A DNA stretch of 64,000 nucleotides from an uncultured virus (IMG/VR IMGVR_UViG_3300020460_001009) (IMGVR_UViG_3300020460_001009), one strand, 5' to 3'; shown: positions 1 to 9,570, counted from the stretch's first letter. Notes: generated by a model not told the origin, from the letters alone. Program-made: numbers and translations.

Positions 1-216
1 TTAACCGATTGGGTGCTTGTTCAATGTTTCCAACATTGAATTTGCCGAATCCAATTTCTTGTATTCTTCTTCAATCGTCTCGGTGATAATGGAGTGTTCC
101 CCAATACCAACCATATTGCTTTCGTATACCGCAATATTTGCGAGTGCGGTCTCGGCAATTGCTTCGTATTTTTTTACAAGAGCCGAGTGAACTTGTTTTG
201 CTAATTGTTTGCTCAT
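1..216 (-). CDS. hypothetical protein
   Basis: 71 aa ORF with ATG start, preceded by a TTGACC-N17-TATATT promoter-like sequence. Confidence 0.6.
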   Translation of the reverse strand: MSKQLAKQVHSALVKKYEAIAETALANIAVYESNMVGIGEHSIITETIEEEYKKLDSANSMLETLNKHPIG

Positions 217-265
217 GGTTATTAAATATATATTAGGATTTGTTTTGGGTCAAGGTATTTCAACA

Positions 266-2575
266 TTATTCGTTGTGTCCGACAAGTTTATCCCAGATGA
301 AATTGTATCCATTGCAATCGTAAAGTTCAGCAATATCTGCGTACTTTTCACGGGGTTCATTCAAATCGTCAGACGTATTTAGACCAAACAGACGATATTC
401 AATTCCATCTTCTTCACGAAGAACTTTTACCTTGCTATAAAAATTTGAACTTCTAACATTGTAAAATGGATTGGATTTAGACTGAGTTGAACTAACTTCA
501 TCGATATCATACAGACGGAAAAAACCCACCGCAGGAATCTTAAGAAACTCAGTCATGTGACGTATGCCAGCAAGTATTGCATCCCCTCCCGCATCTTTCA
601 ACGAACACTTACACGAAACACCGATTACAATGTCTTCTTCTCTATTGACAGGTGCTATGTACACATCAACATCAATTTCAAATTCCTCATCTACATTATC
701 CGATTTTCCGGATAAAAAACTTCTGTTTGTTGGGTACTTCTTGAGGTACTTGCGAAGTCTACGATTAACAAACCTCATAATGGAATTGGAAGCTGCATAA
801 TGAACAATATACCTTTCACCCGTTTCTCGTTCGTATTCCTCAACAAGTTCAAGCAAGGCAACTACACTTTCAAACTCAAAGTCTGCTCCGTTTCCATTTG
901 AAACCGATCCACCGTTCTCTTTAATTTCACGTGGGGCAATCGTGGAGTTTAATATTGCGAATTCGTTTCTGACTTTTTTCACCTCAAGTTTTGCGGTGGC
1001 AAGAGTATTGACATAGGTTTCCTTGAAGTCTTCAATTGCCGTCTTCCATGTGTCCGAGTTGGCAAGAAGAACCCTAAACGAATTCGACATGAAAAGTCTT
1101 TCAATGCTATCGTCATCAGTTTTGGCAATGTATTGAAGCATCGTAAAAAACTCGTTGTTCTCCGAATCCGAAACCAACACTTCCTTATTATTTTTACTGA
1201 CAAACATTCTGACCAAACGCCCAAGCAACTGAAGTGGACTGATGGTAATCTTTTCATCAGACGATCCTGAAATTTCCTTTTCTGTTTGACGAAACGAAAT
1301 GAGAGATGTAAGGTTGTTGATCGTGAGTGCCATTCGTCCCTTTTGAACCACTACCATGTGAGTGGCAGGATGAGATGGATCCCGAAGAGCATCCAAAACC
1401 TCGTCTTCTTTCTTTCTTTCAAATGTCTCACCGTCAAGGTCATAGAATCCGGTATACTTTGATGACAACACCGCAACTACTTTTTCAGTTTCGGTTTCAA
1501 AATCATTTTCCGAAACAAGTCGAGATATCATTTCTACCACATACTTGAACTTGTATTGATTATTGGAGTTACCGGTATTAACTTGCCACATCATAACTTG
1601 CTTCATATTCTTCGTTTTAAGCAAATCTTGTATATAGTAGAAATCCGTAAGAAAGTCCATGACCTTTTCTTCTACCTCAAAGTCATCATCTACATTCATA
1701 TAATTGTCAGAACCTCTGTCATCAAACCAAGAACTACGGAAAATGAAATTGATTGAATCAATTATCTCATTTGGGGTTCTGAAAGAAAGATTCACATTGG
1801 GGTTGGAAGGTTCAATTACACCGGTTTGCTCTCGATTTGCAGTTGCCGTAAGACCGAATATGAAAGGGTTGTCACCTGCAATGCCACCGATAAACTCAAA
1901 AAGTTTTGCTCGATACTTCTTGTTATTTGCATTTCCACTTGTATCTTTCATGTTGGTGTAATGCGAGATAAGCCATGTGTGACTCTCATCAATAAAAACG
2001 GCAAACTTTTTTCCTGCTTTGTTAAGTTCAGTAACAAGGTCATTGCCAGTTCCATTTGTGAGTTTTGAATTGGTCATCAAAGCAACAAAGTCTTCATCGT
2101 CTTCAATTGAACGTGACGCTTCCTTGACCGTATCGTCATCAAGACCAATAACATTAAACATACGAATTGTCTTTGTTTTTCCATTGGCCAAGGTTTCCTT
2201 ACGTTTACTTGCCGTAACCCACGACTCCGCATCAACTACCTCAGTTTGAGGAACACCCATAATAATTGCGTCAATTCCCTTTTCGTCAAATAGATACTTG
2301 GCCATTTTATTGATAAGTGTCCAAGTCTTTCCACTTCCCATAGCACCTGTGAAAATTTTCATCTCACCCAAACTACGGTCGAAGTTCAGGGAATCAACTT
2401 CTTCCCTGAACGCATCCCAAAGTGCATTTTTAATCTTCGCATCTTCGTCACGGATTCGTTTCCAAAGAAGGTTATTTGCATCGATTTTGTTCTTTCTCGA
2501 AGTTCTACTCGGAGCTCCGAACGTGCCCGTTTTCTTTTTTCTGGCAACCGATACTCTCACTTTTTTAGTTTTCAT
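266..2575 (-). CDS. SF2 (DExH) helicase with C-terminal PD-(D/E)XK-like nuclease region, restriction (Res)-subunit-like
   Basis: Walker A GAMGSGKT, DESH, motif III GLTAT, motif VI QLLGRLVR; C-terminal GADFE...IDVDV...VSCKCS resembles a restriction-nuclease fold. Confidence 0.7.
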   Translation of the reverse strand: MKTKKVRVSVARKKKTGTFGAPSRTSRKNKIDANNLLWKRIRDEDAKIKNALWDAFREEVDSLNFDRSLGEMKIFTGAMGSGKTWTLINKMAKYLFDEKGIDAIIMGVPQTEVVDAESWVTASKRKETLANGKTKTIRMFNVIGLDDDTVKEASRSIEDDEDFVALMTNSKLTNGTGNDLVTELNKAGKKFAVFIDESHTWLISHYTNMKDTSGNANNKKYRAKLFEFIGGIAGDNPFIFGLTATANREQTGVIEPSNPNVNLSFRTPNEIIDSINFIFRSSWFDDRGSDNYMNVDDDFEVEEKVMDFLTDFYYIQDLLKTKNMKQVMMWQVNTGNSNNQYKFKYVVEMISRLVSENDFETETEKVVAVLSSKYTGFYDLDGETFERKKEDEVLDALRDPSHPATHMVVVQKGRMALTINNLTSLISFRQTEKEISGSSDEKITISPLQLLGRLVRMFVSKNNKEVLVSDSENNEFFTMLQYIAKTDDDSIERLFMSNSFRVLLANSDTWKTAIEDFKETYVNTLATAKLEVKKVRNEFAILNSTIAPREIKENGGSVSNGNGADFEFESVVALLELVEEYERETGERYIVHYAASNSIMRFVNRRLRKYLKKYPTNRSFLSGKSDNVDEEFEIDVDVYIAPVNREEDIVIGVSCKCSLKDAGGDAILAGIRHMTEFLKIPAVGFFRLYDIDEVSSTQSKSNPFYNVRSSNFYSKVKVLREEDGIEYRLFGLNTSDDLNEPREKYADIAELYDCNGYNFIWDKLVGHNE

Positions 2576-2619
2576 TTTTCTATTTTTAAAGTTCTTATTC
2601 CCTCAGTTTCAATACAAGT

Positions 2620-2648
2620 AATCTACCATAGTTTTTATAAAAAGTCAA
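2620..2648 (-). promoter_or_regulatory. sigma70-type early promoter
   Basis: TTGACT-17 bp-TAGATT with TG extension, then ACTTGTATTGA shared with other copies. Confidence 0.75.
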
Positions 2649-2693
2649 ACTTACAATCCAACTATTTACTGCACAATTCTATTAGAATTATTT

Positions 2694-2996
2694 TTACTCG
2701 TAATACTTGTTTTTCTGAAGTTCGTCAAATACCGAACGCATATCTTCATAAGTTTTGGTACGAATGCCATCCGCAACTTCCTTGAGCAAGTCATACAACG
2801 ACAACCTCTGACGAATCCGTTCACTTAGTTCTTCACGGACTTTGGGATTTTCTCTGAAGTAGTCGTCATCGTGTGCATCGCACTTGGCAATTAATTCATC
2901 AAATTCAATTTTGAGTTCCGACATTTTTTTGCGAACACCTTCAAGAAGTTCTTCAGACTCTTTGGTTCGTTTGTCTATTTCATTCAAATCAAACAT
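2694..2996 (-). CDS. hypothetical coiled-coil protein
   Basis: 100 aa charged helical ORF overlapping the upstream gene. Confidence 0.65.
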   Translation of the reverse strand: MFDLNEIDKRTKESEELLEGVRKKMSELKIEFDELIAKCDAHDDDYFRENPKVREELSERIRQRLSLYDLLKEVADGIRTKTYEDMRSVFDELQKNKYYE

Positions 2997-3357
2997 ACAA
3001 AAATATCCATCTGTCGTTTATGCTTGTGTATGCCATATGAGTTGCCTCAGTTGGTGCGGTAGGCATAAACATCGAATTTCGTGATGGATGTTGGTCATTG
3101 CGTTCTTGCCAAATTGAAGGATTGTCATCTTCATAATAAATCCACGGACGAATTGGACGATTCCACGGATCAAGTTTGGTTTCCAATGGATCGGTTCTTC
3201 CAAGATGTGGATTATACTTCATGTACATATGACCTTTATTTACATCATGATACCAACCAGATATTGTCACAGGATACTTTTCAATGAGTTCACACAATTC
3301 ATTGTAATTGTAATGTTCACTTCCGACCATTATTGGTAAGTTGGGTGTGGTTGTCAT
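2989..3357 (-). CDS. DPW-family paralogue 1
   Basis: KYPVT..W, LDPWNRPIRPW, YTSINDRWIFLY; start reassigned to ATG 3357 (ATGA overlap). Confidence 0.75.
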   Translation of the reverse strand: MTTTPNLPIMVGSEHYNYNELCELIEKYPVTISGWYHDVNKGHMYMKYNPHLGRTDPLETKLDPWNRPIRPWIYYEDDNPSIWQERNDQHPSRNSMFMPTAPTEATHMAYTSINDRWIFLYV

Positions 3358-3764
3358 ACGGACCCTCTCGGAATTGATGTTCCAAAACAAACCAAATATA
3401 GTGGAATGCAAACCCCACATATACTCGTCCATGCGTAATAACTTACAGAGTCCGGACATTTGTTGGGGAACATAACTCCACGACTTGGATGCAGTTGTAC
3501 ACGGTCCTGCCAAATAAGTGGATAATCATCACTATAATATTTCCACTTTCGGATTTGTCGTTTCCACGGATCTAGTTCAGATTGCCTCGGGTCATCATCG
3601 CAGAATATATGTTGCGGAAATACAAACATATATGAATTGTGAAATCTCTCCCACCGAGTATCTTCAATTGGATATTTAGAATCAATTTCATCAAACATAT
3701 CCCCGGTCAATGCTTCGTCATAAGAATCCGAGACTATTAAAACTTCATCTACATCACATTGCAT
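3354..3764 (-). CDS. DPW-family paralogue 2
   Basis: KYPIED..W, LDPWKRQIRKW, WTSICGVCIPLY; closest to paralogue 1 (IWQ...HPSR). Confidence 0.75.
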   Translation of the reverse strand: MQCDVDEVLIVSDSYDEALTGDMFDEIDSKYPIEDTRWERFHNSYMFVFPQHIFCDDDPRQSELDPWKRQIRKWKYYSDDYPLIWQDRVQLHPSRGVMFPNKCPDSVSYYAWTSICGVCIPLYLVCFGTSIPRGSV

Positions 3765-3798
3765 ATTCCATATATCGTGTCATATTTTTTATAAAATG

Positions 3799-4155
3799 TC
3801 AAGGTTTTCTTCTCCAAAGTTTTATTCTTTTCTTCTCAATGGTTGTCCACCGAAACTGAAAATCCCAGTTGCTCTCTCGGTCATATACTCTCTCGGTGTC
3901 TGCCCACTTAAATGATAGTTCATCCGTGTCATTCTTCTTCCAAGGAAGCATCCATCGTCCCCACGGGTCTCGATTCTCATGCAAATGATCTGGATCGTGT
4001 AATACAAAAAAACGTTCACTTGCTATGTCATCCATCAACCCAACATTCCACACATGATTGGTTGGTGGATATTTTCTCGTCAATGACCTTTCAGCCCATT
4101 GTCTACCTGAATAAAAGTTTGCATCAACATAAAACTCTTGATTTGCTGACTTCAT
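3799..4155 (-). CDS. DPW-family paralogue 3
   Basis: KYPPTNHVW, RDPWGRWMLPW, FRWTTIEKKRIKLW. Confidence 0.75.
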   Translation of the reverse strand: MKSANQEFYVDANFYSGRQWAERSLTRKYPPTNHVWNVGLMDDIASERFFVLHDPDHLHENRDPWGRWMLPWKKNDTDELSFKWADTERVYDRESNWDFQFRWTTIEKKRIKLWRRKP

Positions 4156-4219
4156 ATTTATATTGTGTTAGACTAAATCAACCATCTCAAGTTACATACA
4201 CACCATCAAATACACACAG

Positions 4220-4552
4220 TCATGATTGTGCAACTTTCGGCAAATACAACTTAATAAGTTTCGTTTGAACCGAGACATACCGATACAAATATTCAGAATG
4301 CTCTGATTCGGTGCAAGGTATCCATTCGTTCTCAGTTTTGCCATCGTCATCCGTCCACTTTAACAAAGGTCTACGCCACGGATCTATAATTGGATATTCC
4401 GTATTTGCCACAAAGAATCTACCAGTTTCTCTATCATTTTCAGTTCTACCATCAACTCCATATCTCCATGCAAAGTGATTTAGTGGAGGGAACTTGGAAA
4501 GCAGTTGATGTCCGTTCCAATACTTAGAATTTTTATTTACTTTTATTGCCAT
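4220..4552 (-). CDS. DPW-family paralogue 4
   Basis: KFPPLNHFAW, IDPWRRPLLKW, YRYVSVQTKLIKLY. Confidence 0.75.
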   Translation of the reverse strand: MAIKVNKNSKYWNGHQLLSKFPPLNHFAWRYGVDGRTENDRETGRFFVANTEYPIIDPWRRPLLKWTDDDGKTENEWIPCTESEHSEYLYRYVSVQTKLIKLYLPKVAQS

Positions 4553-4589
4553 ACTACATTTATACCAAAATTTACATAGTCATGTCAAA

Positions 4590-4955
4590 TCAATAATCGT
4601 ATGCTCTTTTATACAAACGCAAATGTCCACCTTCAATAGTTGTGTATCGTTCGGCAAGTGCATACTTCTTTTTACCTTGTAAAAACATATGAGGTATTGG
4701 CATATCCCACTCTTTGCCTTGTTCAAAATTTCTCCATTTCCACGGAATCATTTTGCGAAACCAAGGATCATATTCCGTATCTGAAATGCAAGTTATTTTT
4801 TTTGCTACATCTGGATCACAATCTTTATCCATTGGATCACATACGTATGCCCAATGTTCATGATTTTGAATTGGATATTTTTTTACAAGTTCAACGGTTC
4901 CCCAGTAATTCCATGCAAAATCTTCAAGGACAATTTCTTCAGGTGTATTACTCAT
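4590..4955 (-). CDS. DPW-family paralogue 5
   Basis: KYPIQNHEHW, YDPWFRKMIPW, RYTTIEGGHLRLY. Confidence 0.75.
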   Translation of the reverse strand: MSNTPEEIVLEDFAWNYWGTVELVKKYPIQNHEHWAYVCDPMDKDCDPDVAKKITCISDTEYDPWFRKMIPWKWRNFEQGKEWDMPIPHMFLQGKKKYALAERYTTIEGGHLRLYKRAYDY

Positions 4956-4958
4956 TAT

Positions 4959-5327
4959 TCAAGATGGTACGCAGACATATTTTGATTCATCGGCATATCT
5001 CCAAAGTGGTATGCACTTGCCTTCAATTGTAGTGTAACGGGTTTCGTATAAAGCAGCGGCAATGTTGCTCGACAGTTGTGTTGTCCATGATTTGCATTCT
5101 ACCAAATGCCCATCCGTATCAAGAAACTGCCATGCTCTCATTTTGCGATTCCACGGATCATAATCATGGTCAAACGGAGAATTTTCCTTTAACAACAGGA
5201 AACCACTATCTTGCAATTCCCAATATTTATTTTCAATCGGATAATTGTTATTTACCAAGTCAAACGCATCCCATTGAATATCGTTGTGTTGTATGTAAAG
5301 TGGAATAATGTCTGCGTAGGAGTTCAT
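4959..5327 (-). CDS. DPW-family paralogue 6
   Basis: NYPIENKYW, YDPWNRKMRAW, RYTTIEGKCIPLW. Confidence 0.75.
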   Translation of the reverse strand: MNSYADIIPLYIQHNDIQWDAFDLVNNNYPIENKYWELQDSGFLLLKENSPFDHDYDPWNRKMRAWQFLDTDGHLVECKSWTTQLSSNIAAALYETRYTTIEGKCIPLWRYADESKYVCVPS

Positions 5328-5719
5328 GACATCGGATGAGGTGACGTGTTAAAATAACTGCAAACTGGGCCGTGCAATCGCACAAGTTTTCCGTCCACCG
5401 TGGTATTCCAAATTTTCATACTTGGAAGTTGCACCCCGTGGTTATTTCCGTGCTTCACTTGATTTCCGTGTTTTGCAGAAAACTTATTATTACCTATTGT
5501 CCAATCGCACATTTCTCTACCCCACGGATCAAACTCAGGATACCACAATTTACAAACCATATTTACTGCAATTTCATTTGGTTTATTTTCGTGATGCATT
5601 TCAAGGAGTTCCCACTCTTTGAAATTTGTTTGTGGATACTTTTCAAGAATATCAAGTATGTAATGTGTTTTCCATTTACCACAAGTTTCTTTATTGATGA
5701 TTAGATGTTTAACAGACAT
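5324..5719 (-). CDS. DPW-family paralogue 7
   Basis: KYPQTNFKEW, FDPWGREMCDW, NTTVDGKLVRL. Confidence 0.75.
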   Translation of the reverse strand: MSVKHLIINKETCGKWKTHYILDILEKYPQTNFKEWELLEMHHENKPNEIAVNMVCKLWYPEFDPWGREMCDWTIGNNKFSAKHGNQVKHGNNHGVQLPSMKIWNTTVDGKLVRLHGPVCSYFNTSPHPMS

Positions 5720-6024
5720 TATATTTGGTAGTTTTTTTGAATAAGGTATATGTCAATTTTTTTGCCATCTACGGTTACCCACCGAAAGTAGGTGTCTTTG
5801 TATGGATCATATTTTTTCCACTTCGTACCATCTTCCCATGCACGATTCCACGGATCACACACAGTATTTTCATTTAAAGTAACAATTTTACTTTTCATAC
5901 CAGGATACCAATACGCATCTCCATAACCAAGTACATAGTTAATTGAATAGTCGTGAGTATTCCTTACGGGATATTTATTCAAAAGTTCCTTTTTGTCCCA
6001 AGTATCCATTACACGCAACTCCAC
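5719..6024 (-). CDS. DPW-family paralogue 8
   Basis: KYPVRN, CDPWNRAW, FRWVTVDGKKIDIY; start may be 6009. Confidence 0.7.
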   Translation of the reverse strand: MELRVMDTWDKKELLNKYPVRNTHDYSINYVLGYGDAYWYPGMKSKIVTLNENTVCDPWNRAWEDGTKWKKYDPYKDTYFRWVTVDGKKIDIYLIQKNYQI

Positions 6025-6248
6025 AATCTAACTGATTTTCCTTCCACCGCAGTTGTTCCGTAAACCAACAATCCCATTTGGTCGATTGTCCAACCTTTCG
6101 TACTGAACTCACGATTCCACGGATCTTTTTCAATATCATTCAATCTCACCTTTGAAGTAATCATTTTTCCAGTGTATTTCCATTCCCAAATATTCTTGAT
6201 TGGATACTTTACAAGCAGTTTATCTATGTCCCATTCTTTCGTTGCCAT
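6009..6248 (-). CDS. DPW-family paralogue 9 (shortest, 79 aa)
   Basis: KYPIKNIWEW, KDPWNREF, TTAVEGKSVRLW. Confidence 0.75.
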   Translation of the reverse strand: MATKEWDIDKLLVKYPIKNIWEWKYTGKMITSKVRLNDIEKDPWNREFSTKGWTIDQMGLLVYGTTAVEGKSVRLWSCV

Positions 6249-6283
6249 TACAATAAATAACTTAATCCATAAATAATATTACG

Positions 6284-6688
6284 TCAACTTTGTTCCGTAG
6301 ATTGCTTTCTTTTTTCCGCACGATTCCAAGGGTCAACCCAATCGGATGTTCTGCGATATAATTTTACCGCAAATCCATTTACTGAAGTAATCGTCATGCA
6401 CTCATCACGATTCATATCATCCAACGGAGGATGTGGCCAACCTACTGGTCCCCACATTTGAGGAGTTTTATTGTCTTCGGTTACATAGGGAAGCATCGGT
6501 CTACCCCACGGGTCAAGTTTTGGATTCGGGACGATTGCAATCAAATGACTACGATAATTGTGTCGTTCAACATATCGCTCCCACTCGTCTTTGTTGGTAA
6601 TCGGAAACGCATCCTCTCCAACAATCTTCGGATAAATATCAAAAAATTGCCACTTCTTGATTCGTATAAAATCGTTGTTTGTTTTCAT
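6284..6688 (-). CDS. DPW-family paralogue 10
   Basis: FPITNKDEW, LDPWGRPMLPY, ITSVNGFAVKLY. Confidence 0.75.
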   Translation of the reverse strand: MKTNNDFIRIKKWQFFDIYPKIVGEDAFPITNKDEWERYVERHNYRSHLIAIVPNPKLDPWGRPMLPYVTEDNKTPQMWGPVGWPHPPLDDMNRDECMTITSVNGFAVKLYRRTSDWVDPWNRAEKRKQSTEQS

Positions 6689-7098
6689 AGATATTTGTAA
6701 AACCTAATTCCTTTGTTTTCTATTGTTGTCCATCTCCAATCAATTCCGTCAAAAGTATCCAACCATTCGTATGGACCAGTTCCGTATTTTCGTGCGAAGT
6801 TGGTGTCTTCGTATACTTTCGTTTCGGGTATCCATTTACGAAGTGGACGATTCCAAGGATCTAAATCGAGGAATTTTTTTTGCCGTTCCGTCAACGCACT
6901 AACATTTGTTTTTGTTGATACGTTAAAACGCATATCGTGTGGAGAATACTCGTACACAGGATTCGTTATAGGATACTCTTTAATAATAAAATCAAGTTCT
7001 TCGTGCCAAGTATAAAAATGCTCTTGATTGCGATTATACACCAATTGACCATAATTGCTCATACGAACATTTCCACGAATTGTAATAGGTTCAATCAT
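6685..7098 (-). CDS. DPW-family paralogue 11
   Basis: EYPITN, LDPWNRPLRKW, WRWTTIENKGIRFY. Confidence 0.75.
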   Translation of the reverse strand: MIEPITIRGNVRMSNYGQLVYNRNQEHFYTWHEELDFIIKEYPITNPVYEYSPHDMRFNVSTKTNVSALTERQKKFLDLDPWNRPLRKWIPETKVYEDTNFARKYGTGPYEWLDTFDGIDWRWTTIENKGIRFYKYL

Positions 7099-7442
7099 TC
7101 ACACCAAAGCATTATATGTTTTCCTTCAATTGTCGTGAACCTATAAAAATACATCTTGTCGGGATTATGGGAATCGGCAATCCAATCATGCGGGCCCCTA
7201 CCTTCTTTCTTTGTCCAAACTTTATCATCCATGCACCATTTGCGAAACGGACGAAACCAAGGGTCACTTTCCAATAGGTTATTTGGAGATATTTCTTTTG
7301 CAATGAAACGTGTTCCCGTAAAAGTCCATTGCTCTGTATTCAGAATCGGATACTTCAGGTTAAGTTCATACGGAGTCCAACTTGCCTTGGATGAGGGTCC
7401 ATGTTGCGTTTTAATTTCCAATGGTTCGGTTGAATGCGTCAT
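7095..7442 (-). CDS. DPW-family paralogue 12
   Basis: KYPILNTEQW, SDPWFRPFRKW, YRFTTIEGKHIMLW. Confidence 0.75.
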   Translation of the reverse strand: MTHSTEPLEIKTQHGPSSKASWTPYELNLKYPILNTEQWTFTGTRFIAKEISPNNLLESDPWFRPFRKWCMDDKVWTKKEGRGPHDWIADSHNPDKMYFYRFTTIEGKHIMLWCE

Positions 7443-7444
7443 GT

Positions 7445-7813
7445 TTATTCGTGTTTAAAAATCAATTTCAGTTTTACGTATTTTCCGTTTATCGTAACAT
7501 ACCGATAAAATTTATGATCCCCGTGTGTTCCGTCACTATCAACTTTCCACTCTTGTGGTCCGTGGTTTTCTTCACCGGGTCGTGCATACGCATAAGTCCA
7601 CGGAATAAGTGGTCTTCCCCACGGATCAGTTTTAATGTCACCAATGGTTTTTAGTTTTGTGTTTTTGCTTGTGTCGGTGCGTACGTGAGTAATCCATTCA
7701 CTTCCCAAACGAAACCATTGTTTGTTGGTTGGGTTATATTCGGATTGTATTTGCAGTCCGTTGCCGGGGCAAAGCAAATCAATATACAAAACTCCGTTTT
7801 TAATCATTGTCAT
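7445..7813 (-). CDS. DPW-family paralogue 13
   Basis: YNPTNKQW, TDPWGRPLIPW, YRYVTINGKYVKL; start reassigned to ATG 7813 (ATGA overlap). Confidence 0.7.
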   Translation of the reverse strand: MTMIKNGVLYIDLLCPGNGLQIQSEYNPTNKQWFRLGSEWITHVRTDTSKNTKLKTIGDIKTDPWGRPLIPWTYAYARPGEENHGPQEWKVDSDGTHGDHKFYRYVTINGKYVKLKLIFKHE

Positions 7814-8148
7814 TTGTACAAAGGGTGTTTGGGTGAAGGATACATCCACAATGCAACTGTTTTTCGCATCACCGATGTTAACCGATAATATGTTCCGTTG
7901 GTTTCGGCATTCAACCAATCATTAATCTCGGTTTGTCCGATCCGATTCCACAAAGTAAGTTTTCTTCCCCACGGATCGGTTTCAGGCTGTTCATCCAAAT
8001 CGTAAAAATATTCAAATGAAACTCCACCATCACTCAACTGCCAACGTTTATTGGTAATCGGAAATTTCTTTATCAAATCGTGCAAAGAATACCAATGAAC
8101 ATTCGGATTAATTTCTCTTACTTTACTTGCCATAACTTTATTGTTCAT
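7810..8148 (-). CDS. DPW-family paralogue 14
   Basis: KFPITNKRW, TDPWGRKLTLW, YRLTSVMRKTVALW; start 8148 by ATGA overlap. Confidence 0.7.
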   Translation of the reverse strand: MNNKVMASKVREINPNVHWYSLHDLIKKFPITNKRWQLSDGGVSFEYFYDLDEQPETDPWGRKLTLWNRIGQTEINDWLNAETNGTYYRLTSVMRKTVALWMYPSPKHPLYK

Positions 8149-8465
8149 GCCTTCTTCATCCAAAGTTTAACCGGAGTTCCCTCAATCGTAGTATAACGAA
8201 ACATCGTATAATCCTTTACAGTCATAGAACCCTTTATCCAATTATACTTGTTTCCGTCACCTTCTCTGAAATTCCACGGAATAGTTGGTCTACCCCACGG
8301 ATCGTTTATAGGATTCGTAACAGTTGAAACAATCATTGGATATTTGTTGCTAACCCTATCTAGTTCCCATTCCTTGATGTTCTCAATGGGATACTTGTTA
8401 AGAAGGTCATCAACTAACCACGAAATGCCACCATCAATCAAAACTTTCTCTACTTTATCACTCAT
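8145..8465 (-). CDS. DPW-family paralogue 15 (promoter-proximal)
   Basis: KYPIENIKEW, NDPWGRPTIPW, FRYTTIEGTPVKLW; ATG 8465 follows the promoter. Confidence 0.75.
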   Translation of the reverse strand: MSDKVEKVLIDGGISWLVDDLLNKYPIENIKEWELDRVSNKYPMIVSTVTNPINDPWGRPTIPWNFREGDGNKYNWIKGSMTVKDYTMFRYTTIEGTPVKLWMKKA

Positions 8466-8478
8466 TCTCAATACAAGT

Positions 8479-8507
8479 ACTCTACCAAGAATATTATAAA
8501 AAGTCAA
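8479..8507 (-). promoter_or_regulatory. sigma70-type early promoter heading the DPW array
   Basis: TTGACT-17 bp-TAGAGT then ACTTGTATTGAGA-ATG. Confidence 0.75.
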
Positions 8508-8526
8508 CCAAAAAATGATTGAAGTG

Positions 8527-8562
8527 AAAAAAAGTTGTTGATGAAATCAACAAGTTTTTTTT
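8527..8562. terminator. probable bidirectional intrinsic terminator
   Basis: A-run, TTGTTGAT-gaa-ATCAACAA hairpin, T-run. Confidence 0.55.
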
Positions 8563-8571
8563 GCGGAAATC

Positions 8572-9045
8572 CTAACTAGTAGGATCTGATTCCCAAGGAA
8601 ATACTATCCACTCATTTCCAACAATGTCGGTGTGATAGTAGTCTGGAACAAAACTTGTACTTCTACGCACAAATAAACTGCAAGTAATTATCTTATTAAT
8701 CTGTTTATTTTTGCCGAAATGATTCATCAAAAACTTAAATGTCTCACCCGTATCGGAAATATCATCAATTACCAAAATATCCCCCACCAAATATGGAGCA
8801 CACGACTGATATAGCACCGACTTCGTTCGTTTGCCAAGACCACTCAATTGATATGAACGGACCCCAACCGTTCGCAACTGACGAACTTGCATTTTCTCTG
8901 CCATGATCGTAGCAGGAATCAACCCCCCACGACTTACACCCACAACCGAATCAAATTTTTCACCCTTTAATCTGATTGCCAGATTTTCGCAAAATCCATG
9001 AATCTGCGAATAATCATAATATGTTTTATTATTCATTCGTCCCAA
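8572..9045 (-). CDS. type I phosphoribosyltransferase (purine PRT-like)
   Basis: VSRGGLIPA, PRPP loop LVIDDISDTGET, C-terminal WIVFPWE. Confidence 0.85.
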   Translation of the reverse strand: MGRMNNKTYYDYSQIHGFCENLAIRLKGEKFDSVVGVSRGGLIPATIMAEKMQVRQLRTVGVRSYQLSGLGKRTKSVLYQSCAPYLVGDILVIDDISDTGETFKFLMNHFGKNKQINKIITCSLFVRRSTSFVPDYYHTDIVGNEWIVFPWESDPTS

Positions 9046-9380
9046 TCCTCATCCTCGTCATCCCAGTATTCTTCATAGTCCTTTTCACCACAAAAAGAAC
9101 CCCTTCCATACTCATCCTCAAATGTTCCGTCTACTTCAATCTCTGAATAAATCTCATGGAGTTGTTCTATCTCGGTTTCAATTGTCATGTTTGAAGCATT
9201 TTCATTTGCCCATGTTGTTGCCTTTGCGTAATAACAATCCGCACCCTTTAATTTGCGTGGTCTAACCACGATGTCAAATCCCCATGATGGTTCTTTTTTA
9301 TCCAACCAATCAATTGCTTCCGTTAGATATTTCTTGTTGTCATGGGAAAATTCCAATTCATAACTTGTATCATTGCTCAT
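9033..9380 (-). CDS. hypothetical acidic protein
   Basis: 115 aa ORF in an overlapping gene run. Confidence 0.6.
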   Translation of the reverse strand: MSNDTSYELEFSHDNKKYLTEAIDWLDKKEPSWGFDIVVRPRKLKGADCYYAKATTWANENASNMTIETEIEQLHEIYSEIEVDGTFEDEYGRGSFCGEKDYEEYWDDEDEDWDE

Positions 9381-9570
9381 TTATATCGTCCTTTTCTATA
9401 GTGTCTTCGTCAAGTTCTGGTTGATCCCCACCCACTGCTTCGTTTATTTCATACCACAACCCAAATGTTTCAAGAAATACAACATAATCCGAAACATCAT
9501 GTTCTGAAAAATTTTTCTTATAAACATCTTTGCCATATTTGATGCTGATGCTAACTTGACGATTTTTCAT
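9370..9570 (-). CDS. hypothetical protein
   Basis: 66 aa ORF in an overlapping gene run. Confidence 0.55.
   Translation of the reverse strand: MKNRQVSISIKYGKDVYKKNFSEHDVSDYVVFLETFGLWYEINEAVGGDQPELDEDTIEKDDINEQ

Noticed and set aside
2989..8465. Diversity-generating retroelement as the source of DPW-array variation
   Set aside because: There is no reverse transcriptase or TR/VR pair with adenine-specific mismatches in the window, and the divergence includes indels.
2989..8465. DPWG motif as GspG/pseudopilin
   Set aside because: There is no prepilin leader or N-terminal hydrophobic helix, and the DPWG..Y.Y context is absent.
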